Notes under the pieces: generated by a model | What the model was told of the DNA's origin: nothing | Seen by the model: the letters and a program-made list of their open reading frames with translations, nothing else | The model's database searches: none | NCBI GenBank assembly: GCA_002773795.1 | Contig: PFAD01000008.1 | Span: 132,629-196,628 of the forward strand | Direction: 5' to 3' | Length of the DNA: 64,000 nt | Source of the DNA: Chlamydiae bacterium CG10_big_fil_rev_8_21_14_0_10_42_34 | GTDB lineage: Bacteria > Chlamydiota > Chlamydiia > Chlamydiales > SM23-39 | Shown: one piece after another, positions 36,733 through 45,497 of the stretch | Position numbering within the stretch: the first letter of the stretch is position 1 | How the letters are laid out: the number at the start of each line of letters is the position of its first letter | Translations under genes and position numbers: made by a program

Positions 36733-38182
36733 AGCCACCTGGAATCCGAGAGTGTTTGGAGGCTTGCTCATAGCAGTAAGCATATTGCATGACGGCAACA
36801 TCACACATTTGAGGACCTAATATTTGCGTTCCTAAGGGAAGCCCTTTGGAATCATATCCTGATGGGACGCTAATTGCAGGAAGACCTGCAAGATTTGCCG
36901 ATACGGTGAAGATATCTTGTAGATACATCTCAACTGGATCTTGGATTGCGCCACTTTTGAAGGCGCCACTTGTGGCAACAGGCATCATGACAGCATCACA
37001 GTTTGAAAATGCTTTTTCAAATGCATCAATAATGAGGGTTCTTACCTTCTGTGCCTTTCTGTAAAAGGCGTCTTGGTAGCCAGAGGAAAGCACATACGTA
37101 CCGAGCATGATCCTTTTTTTCACCTCTCTTCCGAAACCGTCTTTTCGAGACTGTTCATAGATCTCTTCGAGGTTTTTTGCTTCCTTAGAGCGGACGCCAA
37201 AGCGGATCCCATCAAACCGGGCTAAGTTTGTCGACGCTTCAGCAGTTGCTATAATGTAATAGACAGCAATGGAGTATTTTAAGATGTCGAGATCCACTTC
37301 AATAATTTTAGCCCCAAGAGACTTCATCACCTCAATACTTTGGGTAAAGTTCTCTTTGATTTCTGGCTTTAATTGGTCTAAAAATTTCCAGGGTACCCCA
37401 ATGACTGTTCCCTCTTCTAGCTGAGGACTTAAAGGGTAAGATTCTGTCGGAAGGTCCATTGAAGTTGCATCATAAGGACAGTTTCGGCCGATTACTTCCA
37501 TTGTTAGAGCAGCGTCTTCTACAGTTGCGGTTAACGGGCCGATTTGGTCGAGGGAAGATCCAAAGGCGACAAGTCCATAGCGCGATACTCTTCCATAAGT
37601 AGGTTTGAAGCCCACAATCCCACAAAGGCTTGCCGGCTGGCGGATCGATCCGCCTGTGTCGGTGCCCGTAGCAATCGGGGAGAGCCTTGCAGCAACAGCT
37701 GCGGCAGAGCCACCAGATGAGCCGCCAGGAACAGATGATAGGTCCCATGGATTTTTCGATGGGAAGAAGGCGGAATTTTCATTCGAAGATCCCATCGCAA
37801 ACTCATCGAGGTTGGTCTTCCCAATTAAAATCGCATCCTCTTCTTCCATAAGACGGACCGCTGTCGCGCTGAAAGGGGCTTTGTAGTTGGTTAGAAATTT
37901 TGAGCCGCAGGTGGTGATCTCTTCCGCGATATGCATATTATCTTTAATCGCAACGGGGATTGCCGCCATTTTCCCGAGAGGAAGATTCTGAGAGCGCTTT
38001 TTATCAAGACTTTCGGCTTTGAGAAGGGCTCTTGGGGCAAGTGTTGAGAGAAAGGCACCGATTTGTTTGTCATGTGCTTCTATGCGAGAGAGGAATGTTT
38101 CTACGATCTTTACAGCAGACAGCTCGCCTTTCAAGAATGCAGCATTTAGCTCTCGGGCACTTAAGTGGTGTAAGTCTTTCAT
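36725..38182 (-). CDS. gatA: Glu-tRNA(Gln) amidotransferase subunit A
   Basis: Amidase signature 'GGSSGGSAAAVA', 'GTDTGGSIRQPA'. Confidence 0.92.
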   Translation of the reverse strand: MKDLHHLSARELNAAFLKGELSAVKIVETFLSRIEAHDKQIGAFLSTLAPRALLKAESLDKKRSQNLPLGKMAAIPVAIKDNMHIAEEITTCGSKFLTNYKAPFSATAVRLMEEEDAILIGKTNLDEFAMGSSNENSAFFPSKNPWDLSSVPGGSSGGSAAAVAARLSPIATGTDTGGSIRQPASLCGIVGFKPTYGRVSRYGLVAFGSSLDQIGPLTATVEDAALTMEVIGRNCPYDATSMDLPTESYPLSPQLEEGTVIGVPWKFLDQLKPEIKENFTQSIEVMKSLGAKIIEVDLDILKYSIAVYYIIATAEASTNLARFDGIRFGVRSKEAKNLEEIYEQSRKDGFGREVKKRIMLGTYVLSSGYQDAFYRKAQKVRTLIIDAFEKAFSNCDAVMMPVATSGAFKSGAIQDPVEMYLQDIFTVSANLAGLPAISVPSGYDSKGLPLGTQILGPQMCDVAVMQYAYCYEQASKHSRIPGGYE

Positions 38183-38490
38183 TGTGATGAGCCCGGCTTT
38201 AAAATGGGGGGAACTTTGACCATTCCACCTACTTGATCGGGAGCATTAGCTAGGAACTGATCTCGAGGAAAGGGATCTTTTATCTCATCTTCTCTCATTT
38301 GGTTTCTCAACATTCCGCGTAATACATAGCGGCAAGGTGCTGTATTATCAGTATTTACCTCGTTGAGCTGCTCAATATAATCGAGTACTTGCGAAAGACT
38401 TGCTTGGATGTCTTGCGTTTCTTCTTCAGAGCACTGAATGCGACAGAGCTTTTTTAAGTGCTCAAGAGACTGATGATCAAAGTTTGCCAT
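38179..38490 (-). CDS. gatC: Glu-tRNA(Gln) amidotransferase subunit C
   Basis: 103 aa, overlaps the gatA start (ATGA). GatC-like 'VLDYIEQLNEVNTDN'. Confidence 0.85.
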   Translation of the reverse strand: MANFDHQSLEHLKKLCRIQCSEEETQDIQASLSQVLDYIEQLNEVNTDNTAPCRYVLRGMLRNQMREDEIKDPFPRDQFLANAPDQVGGMVKVPPILKPGSSQ

Positions 38491-38605
38491 AAATTATCCC
38501 CTAAAAAATACCAGCTCATAATTTCGCAGTCAATGAAAGATTGGTGACATTCATTAAAAAATGTTTTATTATGAGGTTAAAGATGGGTTTCTATAGGAGG
38601 ACTCT

Positions 38606-38842
38606 ATGAAAGGTATTCGCTTTATTGTTTTATTATTAATGGTTGTTGGTTCATTGAACTGGGGACTAGTTGGTTTTTTTGGTTATGATTTAGTTTCCGA
38701 CATTTTCGGCGGGATGATGTCAACAGGAGCACGGGTTGTTTTCGCGCTCGTCGGATTAGCTGGGCTTTATGGAATTGGCTTCCTTTGCAGATGTTGCAGT
38801 GGTGGATGTGGCCCTAGCTGCGGCTGCTCCCACAAGAAGTAA
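38606..38842 (+). CDS. DUF378-family small membrane protein with Cys-rich tail
   Basis: 'GSLNWGLVGFFGYDLVSDIFGG' is typical of DUF378. C-terminus is 'CRCCSGGCGPSCGCSHKK'. AGGAGG RBS. Confidence 0.7.
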   Translation: MKGIRFIVLLLMVVGSLNWGLVGFFGYDLVSDIFGGMMSTGARVVFALVGLAGLYGIGFLCRCCSGGCGPSCGCSHKK

Positions 38843-39747
38843 TGGCTCGTATCCTCATATCAGGGGCAACCGGTTTTGTTGGATCGCCCCTGTCTCTTTT
38901 TCTTAAGTCTCAAAATCATCAAGTTGTTACGCTTGTACGAGCTACAGAACAAAAAGATCGCGATAGCATCGTTTGGGATCCTCTCAACCGCATTGCTGAG
39001 TCTAAAGAGTTTGAAGGCTTTGATGTTGTCATCCATTTAGCAGGAGAGCCGTTGACCTTAAGTCGCTGGTCTTCTGAAAAGCAAAAAAAGATTCTCGAAA
39101 GTAGAACGAAAAGTACAGAGTTTCTTACTTCTCTTCTGGTCAATGCAAAAATAGCTCCCAAGCTTTTCCTCTCAGCTTCCGCTTTTGGTTTTTATGGCGA
39201 TAGGGGAGACGAGGTCCTCACCGAAGAGAGCGGCGTTGGAAATGGATTTTTAGCTGAAGTATGTTCTTTGTGGGAAAAAGCGAGCATGCCGTTAGTTGAA
39301 AGAGGGGTGCGAGTTGCCCATGCACGTTTCGGAATGGTATTAGGTGCAAGGGGCGGTGCGTTAAAGAAGATGCTTTTGCCCTATAAGTTAGGGTTGGGAG
39401 GTCCCTTAGGAGATGGAATGCAATGGGTGAGTTGGATTGCTCTAGAGGATTTGATTGAGGCGATTAATTTTGTGATACAAACTGAGTCTCTCAACGGGCC
39501 TGTTAATTTTGTATCTCCAAACAGCGTCCGTCAAGCTGAGTTTTCTTCCCTTTTAGCACAAGTTCTTCACAGGCCTCACTTTTTTTCTACACCCGCATGG
39601 GTGTTGAAGTTCATTTATGGCATTGCTGCTAAAGAGCTTCTCCTCTCGAGTGCAAAAGTAATGCCGGCAAAACTTATTGCAGCAAACTTTTCTTTCAAAT
39701 ATCCTGATCTTCGAAGTGCCTTGTGTAAAGCACTTCAAATCACTTAA
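38842..39747 (+). CDS. NAD-dependent epimerase/dehydratase family protein (YfcH/TIGR01777-like, DUF1731 C-terminus)
   Basis: 'ILISGATGFVGSPL' Rossmann motif and 'FSFKYPDLRSAL' tail. TAATG overlap with the upstream gene. Confidence 0.8.
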   Translation: MARILISGATGFVGSPLSLFLKSQNHQVVTLVRATEQKDRDSIVWDPLNRIAESKEFEGFDVVIHLAGEPLTLSRWSSEKQKKILESRTKSTEFLTSLLVNAKIAPKLFLSASAFGFYGDRGDEVLTEESGVGNGFLAEVCSLWEKASMPLVERGVRVAHARFGMVLGARGGALKKMLLPYKLGLGGPLGDGMQWVSWIALEDLIEAINFVIQTESLNGPVNFVSPNSVRQAEFSSLLAQVLHRPHFFSTPAWVLKFIYGIAAKELLLSSAKVMPAKLIAANFSFKYPDLRSALCKALQIT

Positions 39748-39758
39748 ATGGGGTATTT

Positions 39759-39977
39759 ATGTTCGCTCTTGCTATGAGTGTTCTTTTGGCAGCTATTTCT
39801 CCAATGGATGGAGATGCTGACTGTCTTGATGTTCAAGAAATTGTTTTTTCTGATCATGAAGATGTCGCATTCGGAGATCCTGATAGTTTGGATGTGTTGG
39901 ATGAAGTTGCTCTCAATGAGGATTTGTTTGATGAGAGCTTCATGGATGATGATGAACTTATCTTCGATGAAGATTAA
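39759..39977 (+). CDS. small secreted, extremely acidic protein (tentative)
   Basis: Signal-like 'MFALAMSVLLAAISP' followed by an Asp/Glu-rich 55 aa. Competing ORFs in other frames look like shadows. Confidence 0.35.
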   Translation: MFALAMSVLLAAISPMDGDADCLDVQEIVFSDHEDVAFGDPDSLDVLDEVALNEDLFDESFMDDDELIFDED

Positions 39978-40003
39978 TTCCAGTATGTTTGAAGGGAAAG
40001 TGC

Positions 40004-40612
40004 ATGGTTCATATTGGTAGTGAAAATCCTTGGTTGGCGATGTGGAGCGAACCAAGAACTACAATTTCTGCTCTCGTTCAGAAAAGACCCACTTATGGCG
40101 TTTTTTATCTTGCCACAATCTATATCCTCCAAAACTTCTTTTTTTACTTTAATTGGTGGTCTTTAGGTCTCTCTTCCTATTACGGAATCATCCTATTTAC
40201 CTGTGTCGTTTTATCTCCTTTAGTGGGTTTTTTATGGCTTTATTACTTGGGCTTTATCTACTATTTAATGGGTCGCTGTCTTAAGGGGAGAGCCCCTGCA
40301 ATCCATCTCCGTACAGCCATTGCTTGGTCCAATATTCCCTACTCAATTAGTCTTATCATGTGGTTTGTCCTTATTTTAATGGATCCTGAAAACTCATTCG
40401 TCCATGATCCAGGGGCCCAGTCATTCGTTTTTATTAATTTAATTTCTTTCATCTTAGAGGTTTGGGCTTTTGTGCTGCTTGTACAGGCGATTCGTGAAGT
40501 TCAACAGTTTTCAGCTTTACGCTCAATTGCAAATGTTGCTTTATCTTCTTCAGTCTCAGCGGTATTTCTTTTTCTTGTTTTTTCTGCTTTCCGGTATTTT
40601 TTTATTTCCTGA
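40004..40612 (+). CDS. Yip1-domain family membrane protein, paralogue 1
   Basis: 'ENPWLAMWSEPRTTISALV' N-terminus and 5 hydrophobic segments. Similar to the next gene. ATG 40004 preferred. Confidence 0.65.
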   Translation: MVHIGSENPWLAMWSEPRTTISALVQKRPTYGVFYLATIYILQNFFFYFNWWSLGLSSYYGIILFTCVVLSPLVGFLWLYYLGFIYYLMGRCLKGRAPAIHLRTAIAWSNIPYSISLIMWFVLILMDPENSFVHDPGAQSFVFINLISFILEVWAFVLLVQAIREVQQFSALRSIANVALSSSVSAVFLFLVFSAFRYFFIS

Positions 40613-40700
40613 TTCTAATTATCTGATCTTTATGGCCTTTCGATTATTTAATTTTAATTCATTTGATAATATTAACTTATAATTTTACAATCAAGCTTAA

Positions 40701-40822
40701 GGGTGTCGAGTATTCGGGTGCCTCTGACTGCTCATACTGAGCTACAGTGTTATACACGTACCCCGCGTGTATCCCCTTTATTGGGGAAATTTGAGTAGGT
40801 GGGGGCACCCGAACACTTGAAA
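40701..40822 (+). ncRNA. candidate structured RNA / cis-regulatory leader (unclassified)
   Basis: 19-bp closing helix 40706-40724 / 40802-40820 (1 mismatch, 2 G-U pairs) encloses three hairpins (40730-40742, 40752-40772, 40773-40786). It ends 11 nt before ATG 40833. The helix is equally good on either strand, so the strand is not resolved. Confidence 0.35.
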
Positions 40823-40832
40823 ATTAGGTATT

Positions 40833-41492
40833 ATGGAAAATCAAAATCCTTGGCTCTCTATATGGACTTCTCCAAGAGCTACAATTGCTCGTATTGTTGC
40901 TGAAAACCCCAACCGCTCGTTGTGGCTACTAGCAAGTATTTACGGCTTTTGTTCGCTTATGAACCTATACCAGTCAATGGCTTTAGGGGCGATGTTAAAC
41001 ACGCTGGGGATTTTGGTTTTAGCTGTTGTTTTGGCTCCTTTGTGGGGGTGGATTAGTTTCACTGTATGGAGCTTTTTTGTTTCATTTGTTGGAAAATGGT
41101 TTAAAGGGCAGGCGACTTTTTCTGCTGTAAGGGCCTCATATGCTTGGTCATGTGTTCCAATTGTCTTAAATATTCCTCTTTGGTTGCTGATGGTCTTCAT
41201 ATTCGGCCATCAGCTTTTTCTTAATTTTGACAACTCTGAGATGTTGTCGAATGGACAGATCCTCTTTCTATTTGCCATTTTGGGAATTAAAGTGATTTTG
41301 GCTGTTTGGTCCTTTGTGATCTATTTGAATGCGCTTGCTGAAGTGCAAAAGTTTTCGATATTGCGCTCATTTGTAAATATTGTTGTAGCAGGCATTATTT
41401 TCTTAGTGCTCTTCTTTGCACTATGGAGCTTGCTAGCTTACGCATTTGGCGGCGTTGCTACGTCAACTTATCTGATTTTAAAACCATTTTAG
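40833..41492 (+). CDS. Yip1-domain family membrane protein, paralogue 2
   Basis: 'QNPWLSIWTSPRATIARIV', 'KGQATFSAVRASYAWSCVP' (compare 'KGRAPAIHLRTAIAWSNIP' in paralogue 1), 'EVQKFSILRS' versus 'EVQQFSALRS'. Confidence 0.7.
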   Translation: MENQNPWLSIWTSPRATIARIVAENPNRSLWLLASIYGFCSLMNLYQSMALGAMLNTLGILVLAVVLAPLWGWISFTVWSFFVSFVGKWFKGQATFSAVRASYAWSCVPIVLNIPLWLLMVFIFGHQLFLNFDNSEMLSNGQILFLFAILGIKVILAVWSFVIYLNALAEVQKFSILRSFVNIVVAGIIFLVLFFALWSLLAYAFGGVATSTYLILKPF

Positions 41493-41501
41493 GGGAAGAA
41501 G

Positions 41502-42059
41502 ATGAAAAAGACTGGATTAAAAAAAGTTGGTATTTGGTTTCTCGCACTCTCATTGTTTGCGTTTCATCTCTTCTTCCGCACAGCTCTGCATGCCGATACG
41601 GGAGCGTCGTGGACTCAGATTTTTGCAAAAAGTGGTGAATGTCAAATTTCTTTCCCATCAACACCTCAAATGATTCAGCAAACACTTCCCTTAGCTGATG
41701 GTGTGAATCGTTTAAGCTACGATGTCTACTTAGCTCCTCATGAAGATAAGGGGGTCTTTTTGCTCCTGATTGCAACGTATCCAGCTCCCATGGCAGGTGG
41801 ACATGAAGTTGCTGGGCTTGAAGGCTTATTAAGTGGAATTGTGAATCATAACCCAGAGAATCGATTGGTTTATGCAGATCTAATCGATCTTTTTAGCCAT
41901 CCAGCTGTTGACTTTCTCGTAGAGGGAGGCGGTAGCTATTTTAGAGGGCAGGCGGTAATGGTTGGAAATAAATTGTACTTAATCGCCATGGAAGGGATGA
42001 AAGGAAAAATGGACGAAGCTGTCTATACACGCTTCTTGAAATCCTTTAATCTAAACTAA
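41502..42059 (+). CDS. exported hypothetical protein
   Basis: Signal peptide 'MKKTGLKKVGIWFLALSLFAFHLFFRTALHA'. Starts 9 nt after the upstream gene. Confidence 0.6.
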   Translation: MKKTGLKKVGIWFLALSLFAFHLFFRTALHADTGASWTQIFAKSGECQISFPSTPQMIQQTLPLADGVNRLSYDVYLAPHEDKGVFLLLIATYPAPMAGGHEVAGLEGLLSGIVNHNPENRLVYADLIDLFSHPAVDFLVEGGGSYFRGQAVMVGNKLYLIAMEGMKGKMDEAVYTRFLKSFNLN

Positions 42060-42061
42060 GG

Positions 42062-42949
42062 TTAAAATCCCCAATTAAAGTTGGCTCCTATGTAAGGGGC
42101 CCCTTGAACATGTGTATATATAGCATTGTGTCCGCTTTCATTCTTTACATACATGCTGCCACCAAAGTTATACCCCGCAAAAATTTCCGCTTCAACGCGC
42201 AAAAATTGTTCGTAATGGACATTGAATTCGGCTCCCATTGTGGAGTAGCTAAAGACGGACCTTGGTTGGGGTTGATACTTGTCTGTTCGAAAGCGCTCTT
42301 TGAGGGGTCTTCCCTTGAGTGAAAAGCGCCATCGTTTATTGAGTGAGTATTCAATAGAGTAGTTGATCGGAAAGACAGCTTGGAACATCCACTTTTTATT
42401 TGGGGAATAGTCAAAACCGATCACCGGATAGATCTCTTGTCCTTCAAATCCAGTATATCCAAGTGCTCCCACATGGTAATGCCACTTTCTGTGCAATTCG
42501 TGAGTTCCCCAAAGGAGAGCTGAAAATAGGCCGTAGGTTCTGGCCTTATTGAAGTGATTTACATCTATATTATAGTCAGCTCTAGCAATCCATCGCCATT
42601 TTTCCATCGCAATTGACATGAATGTGAGGGCAAACTGGACATATTGAAATTGGGTTTCGTGAAATTTTGGGTTTTCATTCCAATCCAAATCGAATGCGTT
42701 ATATTCGACTCTCGGGAAAAAATAGGAGTAATGATCGATGGGCACAAGCATGTATAAAAAAGCATTGGCTTTATTAAATGTGACCTCGCCGTTGCGAGAT
42801 CCATTTTTTTGGTCGACGTTTGCCTTTCCAATTGCGATTACATTGCCACCTGCATGAATGGGGTGAAAATCCCAAAGCGACAGCGAAGAGCCTTCTTCTT
42901 CTTGTGCGCAAAGCGTGAATGCAAAAAATATAAAAATAAGCTTTTTCAT
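42062..42949 (-). CDS. outer-membrane beta-barrel protein (putative)
   Basis: Signal peptide 'MKKLIFIFFAFTLCA'. Alternating aromatic/polar pattern. C-terminal 'NFNWGF' with terminal Phe. Confidence 0.65.
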   Translation of the reverse strand: MKKLIFIFFAFTLCAQEEEGSSLSLWDFHPIHAGGNVIAIGKANVDQKNGSRNGEVTFNKANAFLYMLVPIDHYSYFFPRVEYNAFDLDWNENPKFHETQFQYVQFALTFMSIAMEKWRWIARADYNIDVNHFNKARTYGLFSALLWGTHELHRKWHYHVGALGYTGFEGQEIYPVIGFDYSPNKKWMFQAVFPINYSIEYSLNKRWRFSLKGRPLKERFRTDKYQPQPRSVFSYSTMGAEFNVHYEQFLRVEAEIFAGYNFGGSMYVKNESGHNAIYTHVQGAPYIGANFNWGF

Positions 42950-42979
42950 AACTGTGGCTTTATCTCAATCAGTGTAGTT

Positions 42980-44494
42980 TTAAAACAGTTGGCACGTGGA
43001 AGCAGGCTCTTTGTCTCCTAGCATGCGATGATACTCAATTTCTTTTTCTTGATCACTAAGTTTTGCAATTGTTGTGTATGTGTTTCCGTTTTCTTCATTT
43101 TTAGAAACAAGGAAGTGGTCGTCTGCTAGTTTAGCTACTTGAACAAAGTGAGTCACACAGATTACCTGTCGTTTTTCAGCCAGACGTTTTAGTTTTTGAC
43201 CTAAAACTGCTGCTGTATGCCCCCCCACATTACTATCGATTTCATCAAAAACAAGGGTGGATTCGCCATCGGATAGGATTGTTTTAATCGCTAAGAGTAG
43301 CCGAGAAAGTTCTCCTCCACTTGCGCACTGCTCTAAAGGAATTGGCTGAACTCCCGCATTTGCAGAGAAAAGAAATTGAACATCTCCAAAAGCAGTCCCT
43401 ACTTCAATTTCAAATTGTGCATGGGGGATGTTGAGATTTTTTAGCTCTTCTAAAACGTTTAATGCAAATGGTCTCGCATATTCTTTTCTTTTGCTCGTGA
43501 TAGAATCTGCTAGCACCAAATTTTTCTCTTTAATGAGCTCGAGTTGAGATTGAAGTTCGGCAATTTGAGCGTCTAGATGGGTTAGGTGATCAATTGTTTC
43601 GATAAGCTTTTCTTTTTGCTGCTTGATCTCACTGCCGAATCTGCGCTTAAGTGATTCGATGGCAGCAATTCGACTTTCTACATAGGCAAGCCTTTTGGGA
43701 TCGCCATCGAGTCTCTCTGAATAACTTTGGACCTCTTGAGCCACTTCATCGAGTTCTAAAAGAGCACTTTTCATCGTTTGAGACGCTATGGCAAGTTTTT
43801 GATCGACCCGAACGCATTGATCTAACATTGTGTGTGCCCTTTTTAAGGCTGTAAGCTCCGTCCCTTCATTGAGTAAAAAGGCAATCGAGCTCATTTTTTC
43901 TGCAAGCTCTTGCGCATGCGTTAGAAAGTGGTGCTCTTCAGCGAGTTTTTCTTCTTCTGCTGGCTGCCAGTTTGTCTCCTCGATCAGAGATAAATCTTTT
44001 TGTGCCCATTCAAGTTCGCGCTCTTTGGGGATCTGTTGGAGCTTGTCTAGCTGGAATTCGATTGCTTTTTCTTCAGAGTAAGAGTGCTCAAATGCTTTTA
44101 CATCATTTGTTAAATTCGCAAATGTATCGAGCATCTGTTTTTGCTTTGAAAAGATGGTCGAGGAGCTACTTTGATCTACCATCTCAATATTTGTCTTTTC
44201 TTTAAGAGTTGAAAGATTTACCTGCTGGTCGTCGATGAAGCATCTGTTTTTGCCCGATCGGTGGATCTCTCTACGGATAAAAATGGGGCCCTCTAAGACA
44301 GCTTCAATGACTGCGAAATCAGAACCATTGCGAATACAACTGACGTCGGCCCTTTCCCCGGAAATCAAGCGAATAGCAGATAAAATAGCTGATTTTCCCG
44401 AACCTGTTTCGCCTGTCAAAATATTTAAGGCTTTTCCAAAGTGGATTTCGGCGTGTTTAACTAAAATAAGATTTTGAATTTTAAGTGATTTCAA
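42980..44494 (-). CDS. recN: DNA repair protein RecN
   Basis: Walker A 'GETGSGKSAILSAI', central coiled coil, signature 'ASGGELSRLLLA', Walker B 'LVFDEID'. Confidence 0.85.
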   Translation of the reverse strand: MKSLKIQNLILVKHAEIHFGKALNILTGETGSGKSAILSAIRLISGERADVSCIRNGSDFAVIEAVLEGPIFIRREIHRSGKNRCFIDDQQVNLSTLKEKTNIEMVDQSSSSTIFSKQKQMLDTFANLTNDVKAFEHSYSEEKAIEFQLDKLQQIPKERELEWAQKDLSLIEETNWQPAEEEKLAEEHHFLTHAQELAEKMSSIAFLLNEGTELTALKRAHTMLDQCVRVDQKLAIASQTMKSALLELDEVAQEVQSYSERLDGDPKRLAYVESRIAAIESLKRRFGSEIKQQKEKLIETIDHLTHLDAQIAELQSQLELIKEKNLVLADSITSKRKEYARPFALNVLEELKNLNIPHAQFEIEVGTAFGDVQFLFSANAGVQPIPLEQCASGGELSRLLLAIKTILSDGESTLVFDEIDSNVGGHTAAVLGQKLKRLAEKRQVICVTHFVQVAKLADDHFLVSKNEENGNTYTTIAKLSDQEKEIEYHRMLGDKEPASTCQLF

Positions 44495-45366
44495 AGTTCA
44501 TTCGCTGTTTTAAAGTGTGTTTTTGCAACTTTTCCTAAAGACTCTCTCCCAAATTTCGCGATAAATTTTTGCCCCGCAACGATCACTTGACTGCTCGCCC
44601 CTTTCGGTAGTGTCATGTCATACTCTTCGCTTAAAGAGTTCATCCCTTCGAGAAAGGCAGCTCTTGCCAAAATCGATGCTGCAGCAACCACTAAATCCTC
44701 TTCTCCTCGCACCTTTTGTTGGAGGTTAAGCTCAATTTTCTTTTGCTTGAGGGCATTTTCTACGACATGTTTTTCTGCAAATTGATCGAGGAGAGCCTCT
44801 TTACAGCCTGTTTTAGCAGATAGGTCCCCCAACGCAGATGCGTGGGCCCAAGCGAGAAGGCGATTTAGGTTTTTAAACTTTGCGTGGAGCTCGTTATATT
44901 TAAGGGGAAACAGTCTGATCACTGTAAATGGGAAAAGATCTTTGATCTTTTTAGCAATTTTAAGGATCCCTTCATCCGAGATTCTTTTGCTGTCTTTGAC
45001 ACCAATCTCTAACATCTTTTTTATCCCCTCGCCATCTGCATAGACAGCTGCAATGCAAAGAGGGCCAAAAAAGTCCCCTTTTCCCGCTTCATCCATCCCA
45101 ATATGGGGAGTGAGATCTAAATGAGCTTCGGGGTGAGAGTAGTGAAAGGTCTTCAAGATTTCAGGTTCGAGATAAAATTCCATAAAGGGCTTCATCTGCT
45201 TGCCCTGAACCGTTAAGGTTCCCGATTCGTACAAAGTGCACGATACGCCCTGCTTTTTTGCGGAGAAAATAGTGTAGGGAGGTTTTGTTAACTCAAAACC
45301 TTGTTCGGTTAGATCTTCGCGCAGTTTGTCAGCCAGCTTAGTATCGATTTTTGTTGTAAATGTCAT
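44491..45366 (-). CDS. rnhC: ribonuclease HIII
   Basis: N-terminal TBP-like domain plus 'GMDEAGKGDFFGPLCIAAV' and 'KDSKRISD'. Its stop overlaps the recN start. Confidence 0.85.
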   Translation of the reverse strand: MTFTTKIDTKLADKLREDLTEQGFELTKPPYTIFSAKKQGVSCTLYESGTLTVQGKQMKPFMEFYLEPEILKTFHYSHPEAHLDLTPHIGMDEAGKGDFFGPLCIAAVYADGEGIKKMLEIGVKDSKRISDEGILKIAKKIKDLFPFTVIRLFPLKYNELHAKFKNLNRLLAWAHASALGDLSAKTGCKEALLDQFAEKHVVENALKQKKIELNLQQKVRGEEDLVVAAASILARAAFLEGMNSLSEEYDMTLPKGASSQVIVAGQKFIAKFGRESLGKVAKTHFKTANEL

Positions 45367-45450
45367 GAACCTATCTTGAAAATAACTGCCTTTTGGGCAA
45401 ACTTTCGTATCTTTATTGTGTGTGTTTCGTATTGTTCAAGTATAAGACGT

Positions 45451-45478
45451 TTGACGGAATTGTACAAGCTGATATGAT
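45451..45478 (+). promoter_or_regulatory. promoter candidate TTGACG-N16-TATGAT
   Basis: -35 at 45451-45456 and -10 at 45473-45478. Supports the ATG at 45498 (GGAGGG RBS) over the TTG-extended ORF. Confidence 0.45.
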
Positions 45479-45497
45479 GTTTATATCCGGAGGGATT

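Noticed and set aside
37470-37886. Several 90-97-aa ORFs on both strands inside gatA
   Set aside because: These are shadow ORFs within a gene that has an unambiguous amidase signature. Their translations are Arg/Pro/Ser-rich and low in complexity.
39744-40055. 103-aa minus-strand ORF and 80-aa + strand ORF (39778-40020) overlapping the acidic small ORF
   Set aside because: These are alternative frames of GAT/GAA-rich DNA. Their translations are Ile/Phe/Met-rich nonsense without start signals. At most one frame is real, and even that one is scored low.
40470-40682. 70-aa + strand ORF running from the Yip1 paralogue 1 3' end into the AT-rich spacer
   Set aside because: It is out of frame with the well-supported membrane protein. 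The translation is Phe/Leu-rich, as expected from T-rich DNA.
40714-40745. TPP-riboswitch-like 'GGGUGCC ... CUGAG' motif
   Set aside because: The pyrophosphate-sensor arm (ACCUGAUCUGGAUAAUGCCAGCG-like) and the terminal AGGGA context are absent, and the downstream gene is not thiamine-related. The element is kept only as an unclassified structured RNA.
40728-40750. tRNA-like 'tagctcagt' D-arm sequence on the minus strand
   Set aside because: No acceptor stem, anticodon arm or GTTCRANNC T-arm can be built around it, so no cloverleaf forms.
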